In this document: piece by piece, positions 9,285-19,174 of the stretch
Layout of the letters: each line of letters starts with the position of its first letter
Numbering within the stretch: the stretch's first letter is position 1
Source: Escherichia coli
GTDB lineage: Bacteria; Pseudomonadota; Gammaproteobacteria; Enterobacterales; Enterobacteriaceae
DNA length: 64,000 nt
Strand: one strand, 5' to 3'
Assembly: GCF_965641715.1 (NCBI RefSeq)
Contig: NZ_OZ282453.1
Made by a program: the position numbers and the translations under genes
The notes under the pieces: model-generated
What the model was told of the DNA's origin: nothing
The model's input: only the letters and a program-made list of their open reading frames with translations
Database searches by the model: none

Positions 9285-9505
9285 TCTTCATCCTCCAAGT
9301 CGGCAACGGCGTCCATCACATCAGAACCGCGAATAATCTCAAAAGCACGGCAGGCCATTTGAAATACCAGTTGCTCTTGCGGATGCGGTGATTCCCAATA
9401 TTTGAACCCAGGGCGATGCGCGTACCCCATCATGGTATAAAAATCGCCAGCAAGTTCAATCGCGGCATCAACAAGTTCGCGATTTGTCATCGTCTGTTCT
9501 GTCAT
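9281..9505 (-). CDS. hypothetical phage protein (74 aa)
   Basis: ORF in operon with 4-nt overlaps to neighbours. Confidence 0.45.
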   Translation of the reverse strand: MTEQTMTNRELVDAAIELAGDFYTMMGYAHRPGFKYWESPHPQEQLVFQMACRAFEIIRGSDVMDAVADLEDEE

Positions 9506-9777
9506 TTGGTTTTCTCCTGTCTGAACATCATGATCATCAGGTCGCCTTTTGCCGTTATCCTGACTGTTGTGCCTGGCTCTATGCTGCTAAGGTCAAATGC
9601 ATCATAGAATTCATTCAACGCTTTCTGGCGCCTCTCCTGTTTGCGTCGCTTTTCCCACTGCTTCAGATAAACAGAGATCGCCCAACTCCCCGCGCTGAAC
9701 ATGATGTAACACCAACCAAGCAGCGCCAGACCTGTGTTGAGGACCGTATCAATCGTTATTGTTGTATCGATATTCAC
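9502..9777 (-). CDS. hypothetical small membrane protein (91 aa)
   Basis: One hydrophobic helix (LALLGWCYIMFSAGSWAISVYL); overlapping stop/start with neighbours. Confidence 0.45.
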   Translation of the reverse strand: MNIDTTITIDTVLNTGLALLGWCYIMFSAGSWAISVYLKQWEKRRKQERRQKALNEFYDAFDLSSIEPGTTVRITAKGDLMIMMFRQEKTK

Positions 9778-10211
9778 TGCGCTGCCTCCTGAAAGTATCC
9801 TCGATAAAACGCCAGCACGCGCTGCATAACCTCACTATTCCGGCACTCGCGACAGATTATGTTCTGTCGTCTGTTGTAACGACGTATTTCTCCGTCTGGT
9901 AATGACCAGATAAGGTCAGGATCAACCACAACCGATTTCTTCACCTTTGCCCTTGATAGTTTTTTGCGGGCGTTTTGCCAGTCTTTACGCGCCTGCTCAG
10001 ACGGTAATAATCCGTAGCCTGAATTGTAAACATCACCACTGGCGACCAGTTCTCTGGCGAGAGTGCTTATGTAATACCTTGATGCACCGGTTTTAGCCTC
10101 CAGAGCCCGTAACGTCTCGCGACCGCTCAGACGTACAAGTTCAACAACCTGCCCTTTAATTTTTTCCCGCTCTTCTGGTGTAAATACTTTTGCCATAAGC
10201 GCCTCCGGCAA
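9774..10211 (-). CDS. hypothetical phage protein (145 aa)
   Basis: ORF in nin-region operon; no family recognised. Confidence 0.5.
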   Translation of the reverse strand: MPEALMAKVFTPEEREKIKGQVVELVRLSGRETLRALEAKTGASRYYISTLARELVASGDVYNSGYGLLPSEQARKDWQNARKKLSRAKVKKSVVVDPDLIWSLPDGEIRRYNRRQNIICRECRNSEVMQRVLAFYRGYFQEAAQ

Positions 10212-10973
10212 TCACTTTTCCGATACAACACGGCGGGAAGAATCAGTAATCTGTCGAACAATATCCCGGTGCTTGTTCAGCTCCCGCAGCGCGGCGCAGA
10301 CTCGCTCCCACTTCTGAACATGATTTTTCGCCCGACGCAATTCGCGGTTTGCCATATGCAGCGATGGTAAAACCAGGTCATCCGCTCGCGTTTCAGTAAA
10401 CGATGGCAGCGACTGCACAATGTCCGCCACAGTTTCTGTTTTAATATCTTCCTGTGTTGCAGCCTCCTGTACTGGTAACGCAACACCTGCGGGCTGAGGA
10501 AAGGCCTTACCATCAGTTTCCGCTACCGATGCTGCTTTCGGCTCTGCTGGTAAATTATCGCCCGGTATGCAGTAACGAAATTTACCGCCCTGATTTACGC
10601 GAATCAGACGACCTTTGCTGATTGCCATTGCCAGCATTGAAGCCACTTTGCGTGATGCGGTACCAAACAATGTAGCCAGCTCATCAGCCGTTTGTGGTCC
10701 GCGTTGTTCAATCGTCGCGGTTAAATCGCACTCTGATATTTTCGCTACTGTTGCTGTGGTGGTTTCTTCCGGCAGTTCTGCCTGCGCTGGCTGTTCCTGC
10801 TGAACGTTGTTATCAGCCACACGCCAGGTGTACGCACTTTTATCAACAAAACCAGCCTTTTTCAGCTCCCATAGTTCGTTCAGCACTTCTTCACGACTGA
10901 TATCAAGTCGCGCAGCAAGTTCTATGGATGTGGCTTTTCCCATTGCTTTCAGTGCGTCAAAAACAGTCTCCAT
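10212..10973 (-). CDS. phage protein with N-terminal winged-helix-like domain (253 aa)
   Basis: [45 protein letters not shown]; follows replication genes. Confidence 0.55.
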   Translation of the reverse strand: METVFDALKAMGKATSIELAARLDISREEVLNELWELKKAGFVDKSAYTWRVADNNVQQEQPAQAELPEETTTATVAKISECDLTATIEQRGPQTADELATLFGTASRKVASMLAMAISKGRLIRVNQGGKFRYCIPGDNLPAEPKAASVAETDGKAFPQPAGVALPVQEAATQEDIKTETVADIVQSLPSFTETRADDLVLPSLHMANRELRRAKNHVQKWERVCAALRELNKHRDIVRQITDSSRRVVSEK

Positions 10974-10994
10974 TAAATTTTCTCCCGGTAAAAA

Positions 10995-11741
10995 TTACTT
11001 CGCAATTCCTGGCTGGACGACATTCGGACGCCAGCTCTCCCAGTTAAAATTCACCCATCGCCCGCCGTTCATGGTCATGCGATCCATAATCCGCTCGCCG
11101 AGCAATGTTTTCATGGCCTCATAGTTCAGGTTTGTCAGCATTCCCACGCTACGCATCGACGCTGTCCGTCGATCAATAATCTGGTGCAGTACCACCTGCT
11201 CGTTTTTCGTCTCGCGCTGAATGCCAATTTCATCAAGAACCAGCAGATCCACTTCGCACAGTTCCCGCAAAAATTTTTCGCCTGACTGCCCGTCGTCATA
11301 GCTGGCGTGGAGGGCACTCATAACATCAGCCACGGTAACCACAATCACTGTCTGACCGTCTTTCAGCAGGCGATTCCCGATAGCTGCTGCTAAGTGGTTC
11401 TTCCCGGTACCAGGTTTTCCGCTAAACGCGAAATTTGTGCATCCGGTAACCAGTTCGTCAGCGATAGATTTCGCCAGACTCAACGCGTATCGCTGGCCGT
11501 CGTTCTGCACCTGGTAATTCGCAAACGAGCATTTACGGTGCAACGGCTGGATGCCTGAGCGATTCAGAATTTTTTCCACCCGCAACTGGCGATTCAGGCG
11601 GTTGATCTCCTCGCTACGTTTCTGGCCTTCAGCAAGTTGCCACTCGCGCCACTCCGCTACCGTTCTGAATGGGGCAGTTACATGTGGTGGGGTCAGTCTG
11701 CGGATACGCTCCAGAACGCCTCCTGTCGCAATATTTTTCAT
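10995..11741 (-). CDS. DnaC-like replicative helicase loader (YdaV-like, AAA+)
   Basis: Walker A GKPGTGKNHLAAAIG and Walker B LLVLDEIG; 248 aa; downstream of O-like gene. Confidence 0.85.
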   Translation of the reverse strand: MKNIATGGVLERIRRLTPPHVTAPFRTVAEWREWQLAEGQKRSEEINRLNRQLRVEKILNRSGIQPLHRKCSFANYQVQNDGQRYALSLAKSIADELVTGCTNFAFSGKPGTGKNHLAAAIGNRLLKDGQTVIVVTVADVMSALHASYDDGQSGEKFLRELCEVDLLVLDEIGIQRETKNEQVVLHQIIDRRTASMRSVGMLTNLNYEAMKTLLGERIMDRMTMNGGRWVNFNWESWRPNVVQPGIAK

Positions 11742-11747
11742 GGTCTG

Positions 11748-12536
11748 TTACCCCCTGAAGCCTGGCGGGATCGCACTATCCGGTAACGAAACGGTGTTAA
11801 CCTGTCGGAGTAACGTCTCAGGTCGAACACCTTTCGGCGCGAACAAGCCCTGGTATTCATTAGCAATGCTGTGTCGAATCACCTGCTCAGGTGAAAAACC
11901 CTGCTGGCGGAATTTTTCCAGCTCTCGTATCGCCCCGTTAGCGCCCTGCTCCGTTCGAATCGGTTTTCGCAATGCCTGCCTGAACTGAACCCACTCATGC
12001 CAGAGTGTTTCCGGCAACCAGTCAGGCAGCTCGATAGCCTCCGGCTCGAATTTTTTAGACGCTCGTTTTTGGCGAAGGGGATTTAGGGGGAGATCAGTAT
12101 TTATATCTTCCTCTTCCTCTTCCTCTGGTAACGCTTTTTGATCCGTTTGTGTAACGCTGCCAGCGTTACCTTTTCGTTTCAGTTCGCGTATTTTTGTAAC
12201 TCGCTCGTTTGTAACCGCCCGTTTTTTAGAGCTTTTTCCGTTATGACGTTCAAAGTTAGGTAGAGAAAGCCCACCGTCATTTTCGACCAGCCATCCAACC
12301 TGAATTAACGCATCAGCAAAACCAGCCATAAAAGTGATGCGATCTATTGCACTTTTTGTAACGCCGCGAGCGTTACAATCTGCATTACCGTCTATCATTT
12401 GTTGATCCGCCCATGCCCAGAAGCGAATAACCTTCCCTAATGCGGCATCTGGATCAATATTCAGAATCTCAGCAAGCCTGAATATTTCCGGCTTATCCGG
12501 CGTAATAACTTCGAGCTTTATCCAGTTTGAAGCCAT
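11748..12536 (-). CDS. phage replication initiation protein (O-like / YdaU-like)
   Basis: 262 aa; acidic linker EEEEEED; position between cII-like gene and DnaC-like loader; palindromic repeats inside and upstream. Confidence 0.7.
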   Translation of the reverse strand: MASNWIKLEVITPDKPEIFRLAEILNIDPDAALGKVIRFWAWADQQMIDGNADCNARGVTKSAIDRITFMAGFADALIQVGWLVENDGGLSLPNFERHNGKSSKKRAVTNERVTKIRELKRKGNAGSVTQTDQKALPEEEEEEDINTDLPLNPLRQKRASKKFEPEAIELPDWLPETLWHEWVQFRQALRKPIRTEQGANGAIRELEKFRQQGFSPEQVIRHSIANEYQGLFAPKGVRPETLLRQVNTVSLPDSAIPPGFRG

Positions 12537-12568
12537 TTGTTTTCACCTTGTAACGCTCGCAGCGTTAC
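12151..12568. repeat. three copies of a 19-bp palindrome GTAACGC-N5-GCGTTAC (12151..12169, 12358..12376, 12550..12568) plus half-sites; candidate origin iterons/operators
   Basis: Read directly from sequence; two copies inside the O-like gene, one in its upstream intergenic region. Confidence 0.6.
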
Positions 12569-12613
12569 ATTTAACTGATACCGAACAAAACAGTCCGGCA
12601 CGATTAATTTCAA

Positions 12614-13036
12614 TCAATGCACTACAACAGAATCGCCAGGCGACCCGCCGCCGCTGAAATGTGCTTTACGGTAAACGGCCTGGACTGCATCATCATGCGC
12701 ATCAATTGCCGTACTCAACGCTTCCTGCGCCGCCAGTAATGCACGGCGTTCCAGGGTATCGAAGATGCAGAGTCGGTGACGCAGCTCGCGCGGAAGAATT
12801 GCCAGAACCGCAGGGATCAGTGTCTGAATTTTTTCCCTTTGCGCTTTCGTTTCGCCTTTCAACCAGCGGTGATAGATGTTCTGCTGATTGTTCCAGTCCT
12901 TGCCTGGTACCAGCGGCAATTCGCCGCCCCCCTGGCGCAGATATTCTTCAGTAATTGCATTAGCTACCCACGCCTGCCCTTTTTCGGCTGCCAGGGCTAA
13001 CAACACTGATTCGATGTGCTCATGCCTGATTTTCAT
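12614..13036 (-). CDS. ydaT: YdaT-like protein (CII-like domain; toxic in Rac when derepressed)
   Basis: 140 aa; position immediately downstream of cro-like gene, overlapping its 3' end, as in Rac ydaS-ydaT. Confidence 0.5.
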   Translation of the reverse strand: MKIRHEHIESVLLALAAEKGQAWVANAITEEYLRQGGGELPLVPGKDWNNQQNIYHRWLKGETKAQREKIQTLIPAVLAILPRELRHRLCIFDTLERRALLAAQEALSTAIDAHDDAVQAVYRKAHFSGGGSPGDSVVVH

Positions 13037-13295
13037 GAATCAACTCCTGTGCATTTTGTGTGTTAGCCTTGCATCCAACAGGTAAACCGTCGGTTGGGTT
13101 CGGGTAGATATCAGGCCGGAGTTCATGAGGTGTAACCTCGAAATTCGTAGCCTCTGCGATACGCAATACCTTTTCAGGGCTTAACTGACTACGTCCAGTA
13201 GCAACGAGGCTAATCATTGATTGCGAACAACCAGCCAGCGCGGCCAAACAAGACTGTCGTACACGATTTTTTTTCAAATATTCATCTAATGTCAT
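13020..13295 (-). CDS. ydaS: Cro-like HTH protein (YdaS-like)
   Basis: 91 aa from MTLDEYLKKNRVRQSCLAALAGCSQSMISL (HTH); divergent from repressor gene. Confidence 0.65.
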   Translation of the reverse strand: MTLDEYLKKNRVRQSCLAALAGCSQSMISLVATGRSQLSPEKVLRIAEATNFEVTPHELRPDIYPNPTDGLPVGCKANTQNAQELIHENQA

Positions 13296-13399
13296 AAGGG
13301 TCACCTTAGTAATGCTTACCAAAATATTAACTATATTAATTTAAATGATCAACACCTATATCAGTTTGAGATTATGAGCTGTATTCATAAGATGGTGAT
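13296..13399. promoter_or_regulatory. divergent promoter/operator region between cro-like and repressor genes
   Basis: AT-rich 104-bp intergenic region between divergently transcribed HTH genes; no operator sequence confirmed. Confidence 0.4.
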
Positions 13400-13864
13400 A
13401 TGAGAAGAAAACGCGAAGAAATCGCATCGCCGGAAGCTACGCAACGTCTGCGCGCAATCTGGGATGCAAAAAAGAGAGAGCTCAAACTGACTCAGGAGCT
13501 TGCTGCCGAGCTAATGGGTTTTGAGGCGCAATCTGCGGTTAGCCATTATCTCAACGGAAAGGCTCCACTTAATACTGATGCGGCATTAAAATTCGCTGTA
13601 TTACTAAGAGTTAAGCCTGAAGAGTTGAGGCCTGATTTAGCTGATCTGATGAATTACGTCCGTTCCTCAGGAACTTATGACGAAAGTTTCGAAGGCGAAG
13701 GTTGGCGGATGGTTAACAAGCAACAGGCTGATTTACTGGACCTTTTTGATATCCTTCCCGAATCAGAAAAAGCAAAACTAATCGAAAGGCTTAAAGGCCA
13801 GAATGAACTCTACAAAGAAGCGTTTGAAAATATGCTGGCAGCTCAAAAACGCATGAAGAAATAG
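13400..13864 (+). CDS. prophage repressor, DicA/RacR-like XRE-family HTH
   Basis: 154 aa; N-terminal HTH; C-terminus LDLFDILPESEKAKLIERLK resembles DicA C-terminal region. Confidence 0.7.
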   Translation: MRRKREEIASPEATQRLRAIWDAKKRELKLTQELAAELMGFEAQSAVSHYLNGKAPLNTDAALKFAVLLRVKPEELRPDLADLMNYVRSSGTYDESFEGEGWRMVNKQQADLLDLFDILPESEKAKLIERLKGQNELYKEAFENMLAAQKRMKK

Positions 13865-13883
13865 CTCCCACCACCTCGTAACT

Positions 13884-13910
13884 AAACCGCCATTTTTGGC
13901 GGTTTTTTTG
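13884..13910 (+). terminator. intrinsic terminator after repressor gene
   Basis: AAACCGCC-ATTTT-GGCGG followed by TTTTTTT. Confidence 0.6.
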
Positions 13911-14128
13911 TCCCCTCCGCCCGTCCCCGCCTTACTTTTTATCAAAAAAACACTAAAAATTTCATTAGGATAGTACATTTTTATCAACAAAATGCATATT
14001 TGTGTTGATCATTAATATGAACATAACTAATATTATTACAGAAGCAGCACGGCGCTGTAGGTTTTAGTTCCGCCACCCGGCGTTAAAGGGAGAGATAAAA
14101 TGGTGCTTACGAAGTAGTTCAGTATTTG

Positions 14129-14233
14129 ATGGATTGTTGCGGTATCACTTACAGCCAAGCTGTACAGGCTTTACGCTGCAACGACTGGGATCTCTGGCAG
14201 GCAGAAGCCGCTATACGCAGCAACAAGATGTGA
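14129..14233 (+). CDS. small ORF (34 aa), possibly ydaG-like
   Basis: Manual translation MDCCGITYSQAVQALRCNDWDLWQAEAAIRSNKM; start uncertain. Confidence 0.25.
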   Translation: MDCCGITYSQAVQALRCNDWDLWQAEAAIRSNKM

Positions 14234-14243
14234 TATTCGAAAA

Positions 14244-14399
14244 ATGCAAAAAATCGACCTCGGCAACAACGAATCTCTGGTATGTGGCGTGTTTCCCAAT
14301 CAGGACGGCACATTCACAGCCATGACGTATACCAAAAGCAAAACGTTTAAAACCGAAGCTGGCGCACGTCGCTGGTTGGCAATACATTCAGGTGAATAA
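14244..14399 (+). CDS. small protein (51 aa), YdaF-like
   Basis: Manual translation MQKIDLGNNESLVCGVFPNQDGTFTAMTYTKSKTFKTEAGARRWLAIHSGE; similar in size and position to Rac ydaF. Confidence 0.4.
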   Translation: MQKIDLGNNESLVCGVFPNQDGTFTAMTYTKSKTFKTEAGARRWLAIHSGE

Positions 14400-14400
14400 A

Positions 14401-14763
14401 ATGAACGAAACAGAATTAAAACACGTTATCGCTCTGCTTCTGGAGGATGCAAAGCGCCTCCAGCAGCTGGCCCCAAATGCAGGCACTGAAGAGCGAATTA
14501 TTATGGCTAATAAAAGTCTACATTCTGCATATGATACAAATACAAAGCAAACAGATAAAAATATTATTGTTTATGGGCACAGCGTTAACAGAGAATTTGC
14601 TTACTTTGTTCTGGAAAAATATCAACCTACATTTTGCCGGATAATAGAAGAACTAACATTAAAAGGCAAAGATAAAGAGTTTATTGAAAATGCTGTGGCA
14701 ACGGCAAGCGCAGCAGCCGTTGCCAGTATCAAATCAATGATTGCTCTAGCGATTAACCAATAA
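14401..14763 (+). CDS. hypothetical soluble protein (120 aa), immunity-region moron
   Basis: AT-rich ORF downstream of repressor on the same strand, the position occupied by rex/sieB-type accessory genes in lambda. Confidence 0.5.
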   Translation: MNETELKHVIALLLEDAKRLQQLAPNAGTEERIIMANKSLHSAYDTNTKQTDKNIIVYGHSVNREFAYFVLEKYQPTFCRIIEELTLKGKDKEFIENAVATASAAAVASIKSMIALAINQ

Positions 14764-14920
14764 ACCCAGGGGGGATATCACGCTGAGGTGGGTTAAGAAG
14801 CTCGGTAAACACCGCTCTCAGGCGTTGAACTTCTGAAATAAAATCGGCTTCACTGCAATCCCAGCCTTTGGGGTGCTTAAGTCGCAAATATTCAAAAACT
14901 AACGAATCAATTTCATTCAT
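14753..14920 (-). CDS. small ORF (55 aa) ending in IPPGFIG, same C-terminal motif as the O-like replication protein
   Basis: Start MNEIDSLV with GGAGA RBS; convergent with the 120-aa gene; C-terminus ELLNPPQRDIPPGFIG versus O-like ...DSAIPPGFRG. Confidence 0.3.
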   Translation of the reverse strand: MNEIDSLVFEYLRLKHPKGWDCSEADFISEVQRLRAVFTELLNPPQRDIPPGFIG

Positions 14921-15338
14921 ATTGGATAGCACAATTATTCTCCTTACTAGTTGTGTGAGAACTCCAGTATACCACCGAGCCTGAAGTGGTAAAAAGACAG
15001 GCGCACAACACGAAGGCGCATTTCCGGTATCCATAAAGAGTCGGTCTTGTCTGTTAAATTTAAATGGTGGGAGTGCGCCTCCGGTTGTAAATAACAACAC
15101 TGCTGTGTGTAGTCTTGGCGGCATCAGTTTTTTCTTGAAGTTCGGCTGATGTCCGCCCTTTTTAAAGTGAATTTTGGGATGTGGTGAATGCGGCTAAGCG
15201 CACGTGGCACAGTTAAAAGTCATGTTAGTCCTTATTGGTTTGTGTGGGAAAACCGACAGTAATTGTTAACTGGTTGCAGTCACCTGGAGGCACCAGGCAC
15301 CGCATCCACAAATTTCATTTGTAAAAATGGAGATAATT

Positions 15339-15560
15339 ATGATTGCACATCACTTCGGAACTGATGAAATACCACGTCAGTGTGTGACTCCTGGCGATTA
15401 TGTTCTTCATGAAGGCCGAACATATATTGCATCGGCAAACAATATTAAAAAGCGAAAACTTTATATTCGTAATCTGACCACAAAAACATGCATTACTGAC
15501 TGCATGATTAAAGTCTTCCTCGGTCGTGATGGTTTACCCGTAAAGGCGGAGTCATGGTGA
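15339..15560 (+). CDS. kilR: KilR-like cell-division inhibitor
   Basis: 73 aa [32 protein letters not shown]...; position upstream of ydaE/racC-like genes as in Rac. Confidence 0.6.
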   Translation: MIAHHFGTDEIPRQCVTPGDYVLHEGRTYIASANNIKKRKLYIRNLTTKTCITDCMIKVFLGRDGLPVKAESW

Positions 15561-15728
15561 TGACTAAGAAAATAAAATGTGCTTACCACCTTTGCAATAA
15601 AGAAATTGAAGAAAGCAAAAGTATTAAAAGACCACTTCATTTCATGCGTGGAGTTATCCCAACGACGGAAATGAAAAAATATTGTAGTAAAAGTTGTGCC
15701 GAAAAAGACCAGATGGCATACGAACTTT
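15561..15728 (+). CDS. ydaE: YdaE-like small Cys-rich protein (55 aa)
   Basis: Manual translation [56 protein letters not shown]; four Cys. Confidence 0.5.
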
Positions 15729-15803
15729 AATTAACTGACTATTCGAAACTGAATTTATGCCAGAAATGGCAGGGATTCACTCAACCGTAAAAAGGAAACA
15801 GCA

Positions 15804-16100
15804 ATGAACATTATTGAATGTGAAATTGAACTTGATGTCATTAACGATTCTCTCGCCGAATTTAAATGCGGGAATACATTACATGGTTTTATTCAGATTT
15901 CCCTGGAAGAAAAAGTTACGGTGATTATTGATGGCGGTTACGTTCTGGGAACATTTGATTGTTATGTATGTGCCGTTAAAGAAGTCGCATTACTCGCAGC
16001 TCGTATTGAAGAGGCCGACAAGAAATACGGTATCAGTTATCAACGACTGAAAGAACTCTCTTATATCGCATCATCAGTGCGTTTCTTTTATGCAATCTGA
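15804..16100 (+). CDS. racC: RacC-like protein (98 aa)
   Basis: Size and position immediately upstream of the recE-like gene. Confidence 0.45.
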   Translation: MNIIECEIELDVINDSLAEFKCGNTLHGFIQISLEEKVTVIIDGGYVLGTFDCYVCAVKEVALLAARIEEADKKYGISYQRLKELSYIASSVRFFYAI

Positions 16101-16123
16101 ATCTGCGTTGGGGTTAAAAAACA

Positions 16124-18109
16124 ATGAGCACAAAACCACTCTTCCTGTTACGGAAAGCGAAAAAATTATCCGGTGAACCTGACGTCGTCCTGTGGGCAAG
16201 CGACGATCTTGAATCGACCTGTGCCACTCTGGATTACCTGATCGTTAAGTCAGGTAAAAAACTGAGCAACTATTTTAAAGCTGTTGCTACTAATTTTCCT
16301 GTCGTTAACGACCTGCCCCCAGAAGGGGAGATCGATTTTACGTGGTGTGAACGCTATCAACTCGGCAAGGACTCAGTCACTTGGAAACTAAAACCGGGTG
16401 CAGCACCAGACAACGCTCACTATCAAGGCAATACCAACGTCAACGGCGAAGACATGACTGAGATTGAGGAGAATATGTTACTGCCGGTATCAGGTCAGAT
16501 TCTGCCTGTTCGATGGCTGGCACAGCATGGCAGCGAAAAACCGATCACACACGTTTCGCGGAGCGAACTGCGCGCATTACATAACGCACAGGATGAAAAA
16601 CTTCCCGCCGTTACCGCGCTGGCTATCTCAAATAAAGCAGCACAACTCGAACCGCTGGAAATTCGCGAGCTCCACAAACTGGTTCGTGACACTGACAAAG
16701 TTTTCCCTAATCCTAGTAATTCAGACCTGGGACTGATGACTGCTTTTTTCGAAGCATACCTGGGCGCTGACTACACCGATCGCGGTCTGCTTACAAAAGA
16801 GTGGATGAAGGGGAATCGTGTTTCACGCATCACCCGCACGGCTTCCGGTGCTAATGCTGGCGGCGGGAACCTCACCGATCGCGGCGAAGGTTTCGTCCAC
16901 GATCTGACGTCACTGGCGCGCGACGTAGCCACTGGCGTACTGGCCCGTTCAATGGATCTGGACATCTATAACCTTCATCCGGCACACGCTAAACGCATTG
17001 AGGAAATTATCGCTGAAAATAAACCGCCCTTTTCTGTTTTCCGCGACAAATTCATCACCATGCCTGGCGGGCTGGATTATTCCCGTGCCATCGTGGTTGC
17101 GTCCGTGAAAGAAGCACCAATTGGGATCGATGTCATCCCCGCGCAAGTCACTGAATATCTGAACAAAGTACTGACTGAAACCGATCATGCCAACCCTGAT
17201 CCGGAAATCGTGGATATTGCCTGCGGTCGCTCCTCTGCCCCGATGCTGCAGCGTGTAACAGAAGAAGAAAAACAGGATGATGAAGAAAAACCGCAACCAT
17301 CTTGCGCAATGGCAGATGAACAGGCAATGGCTGAAACAGTGGAACCGGATGCAACTGAACATCATCAGGACACGCAGCCGCTGGATGCTCAGTCACAGGT
17401 AAATGCTGTTGATGCGAAATATCAGAAACTGCGGACAGAACTCCATGAAGCCCGGAAAAACATTCCGTCCAAAAATCCTGTCGATGCAGACAAATTACTG
17501 GCTGCCTCTCGCGGAGAATTTGTTGAAGGGATTAGCGACCCGAATGATCCGAAATGGGTTAAGGGGATCCAGACCCACGATTCTGTGTACCAGAATCAAC
17601 CAGAAACGGAACAGAACGACCGAAAATCGGAACAGAACAGCCCAAATACGCAACAAAACGAGCCAGAAACGAAACAGCCTGAGCCAGTAGTGCAACAACT
17701 GGAAACGGAGAAAGTTTGCACCGCCTGCGGTCAGGCTGGCGGCGGCAACTGTCCTGACTGCGGCGCGGTGATGGGCGACGCAACGTATCAGAAAACCTTT
17801 AATGAAGAAAATCAGAATGAATATCAGGAAAAAGGTCTGGAGGAAATGGAAGGTGCTGAACATCCGCACAAGGAGAACGCTGGCAGCGTTCCGCATCGCG
17901 ATTGCAGTGATGAAACTGGCGAAGCAGCAGCTTCATCATTAGAAAAACTCGACTGGAAAAGACAAGTGGTGATTGCAGCGGTTTACGGTTTATGTGCGAA
18001 TCCTGCGGGTATAGCCTCAGCGCCATTAATTCCGGGTATTGCAATGATGATTGCAAACAAACTTGAAAATTTTGGGGTGACGGATGATGAGTACATGCCC
18101 AATTTTTGA
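16124..18109 (+). CDS. RecE N-terminal-domain homologue lacking the C-terminal exonuclease domain (661 aa), with low-complexity linker and Cys4 motif
   Basis: First approx 540 aa align with the RecE N-terminal region as I recall it ([14 protein letters not shown]...[30 protein letters not shown]...); C-terminus diverges into [16 protein letters not shown] plus a hydrophobic tail. Confidence 0.75.
   Translation: MSTKPLFLLRKAKKLSGEPDVVLWASDDLESTCATLDYLIVKSGKKLSNYFKAVATNFPVVNDLPPEGEIDFTWCERYQLGKDSVTWKLKPGAAPDNAHYQGNTNVNGEDMTEIEENMLLPVSGQILPVRWLAQHGSEKPITHVSRSELRALHNAQDEKLPAVTALAISNKAAQLEPLEIRELHKLVRDTDKVFPNPSNSDLGLMTAFFEAYLGADYTDRGLLTKEWMKGNRVSRITRTASGANAGGGNLTDRGEGFVHDLTSLARDVATGVLARSMDLDIYNLHPAHAKRIEEIIAENKPPFSVFRDKFITMPGGLDYSRAIVVASVKEAPIGIDVIPAQVTEYLNKVLTETDHANPDPEIVDIACGRSSAPMLQRVTEEEKQDDEEKPQPSCAMADEQAMAETVEPDATEHHQDTQPLDAQSQVNAVDAKYQKLRTELHEARKNIPSKNPVDADKLLAASRGEFVEGISDPNDPKWVKGIQTHDSVYQNQPETEQNDRKSEQNSPNTQQNEPETKQPEPVVQQLETEKVCTACGQAGGGNCPDCGAVMGDATYQKTFNEENQNEYQEKGLEEMEGAEHPHKENAGSVPHRDCSDETGEAAASSLEKLDWKRQVVIAAVYGLCANPAGIASAPLIPGIAMMIANKLENFGVTDDEYMPNF
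17570..17700 (+). repeat. imperfect tandem repeats (GAAACGGAACAGAAC-like units) encoding a Q/E/N/P-rich linker inside the recE-like gene
   Basis: Read directly: ...accagaaacggaacagaacgaccgaaaatcggaacagaacagcccaaatacgcaacaaaacgagccagaaacgaaacagcc... Confidence 0.6.
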
Positions 18110-18383
18110 TCGCATTGAAGAGCAGGCATGGTCACGCCACTACCAGCAAATCGTTCGCGAAGAAAAAGAAACGGCGCTGGCGGACGACCTGGAAAAAGGT
18201 CTGCCCCAGCACCTGTTTGAATCGCTCTGCATCGACCATTTGCAACGCCACGGTGCCAGCAAACAGGCAATCAGTCGCGCATTTGATGACGATGTTGAAT
18301 TTCAGGAACGCGTGGGGGAGCACATCCGGTACATGGTTGAAACCATTGCTCGTCACCAGGTTGATATTGATTCAGAGGTATAA
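18084..18383 (+). CDS. gam: lambda Gam-like RecBCD inhibitor
   Basis: 99 aa; ...[83 protein letters not shown] matches lambda Gam. Confidence 0.85.
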   Translation: MMSTCPIFDRIEEQAWSRHYQQIVREEKETALADDLEKGLPQHLFESLCIDHLQRHGASKQAISRAFDDDVEFQERVGEHIRYMVETIARHQVDIDSEV

Positions 18384-18388
18384 AACGA

Positions 18389-19174
18389 ATGAGTACAGCA
18401 CTTGCAACACTGGCCGGGAAGCTGGCTGAACGCGTCGGCATGGATTCTGTCGACCCGCAGGAACTGATCGCCACTCTTCGCCAGACGGCATTTAAAGGTA
18501 ATGCCAGCGATGCGCAATTCATCGCGCTGCTGATCGTCGCCAACCAGTACGGACTTAATCCGTGGACGAAAGAGATTTACGCCTTCCCTGATAAGCAGAA
18601 CGGCATTGTTCCGGTGGTGGGCGTTGATGGCTGGTCCCGCATCATAAATGAAAACCAGCAGTTTGATGGCATGGACTTTGAGCAGGACAATGAATCATGT
18701 ACATGCCGGATTTACCGCAAGGACCGTAATCATCCGATCTGCGTTACCGAGTGGATGGATGAGTGCCGTCGCGAACCATTCAAAACCCGAGAAGGCAAAG
18801 AAATCATCGGACCGTGGCAGTCGCATCCCAAACGGATGTTACGGCATAAAGCCATGATTCAGTGTGCCCGTCTGGCCTTCGGATTTGCTGGTATCTATGA
18901 CAAGGATGAAGCCGAGCGCATTGTCGAAAATACCGCATGCACTGCAGAACATCAGCCGGAACGCGACATCACTCCGGTTAACGATGAAACCATGCAGGAG
19001 ATTAACACTCTGCTGATTGCCCTGGATAAAACATGGGATGACGACTTATTGCCGCTCTGTTCCCAGATATTTCGCCGCGACATTCGTGCATTGTCAGAAC
19101 TGAAACAGGCCGAAGCAGTGAAAGCTCTTGGATTCCTGAAACAGAAAGCCGCAGAGCAGAAGGTGGCAATATGA
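18389..19174 (+). CDS. bet: lambda Bet-like single-strand annealing protein (Red beta)
   Basis: 261 aa [27 protein letters not shown]... matches lambda Bet in length and sequence. Confidence 0.9.
   Translation: MSTALATLAGKLAERVGMDSVDPQELIATLRQTAFKGNASDAQFIALLIVANQYGLNPWTKEIYAFPDKQNGIVPVVGVDGWSRIINENQQFDGMDFEQDNESCTCRIYRKDRNHPICVTEWMDECRREPFKTREGKEIIGPWQSHPKRMLRHKAMIQCARLAFGFAGIYDKDEAERIVENTACTAEHQPERDITPVNDETMQEINTLLIALDKTWDDDLLPLCSQIFRRDIRALSELKQAEAVKALGFLKQKAAEQKVAI

Noticed and set aside
17570-17700. Possible CRISPR-like or VNTR array
   Set aside because: The repeats are short, imperfect and in-frame inside the recE-like CDS (low-complexity linker); no spacer-repeat periodicity and no cas genes in the window.
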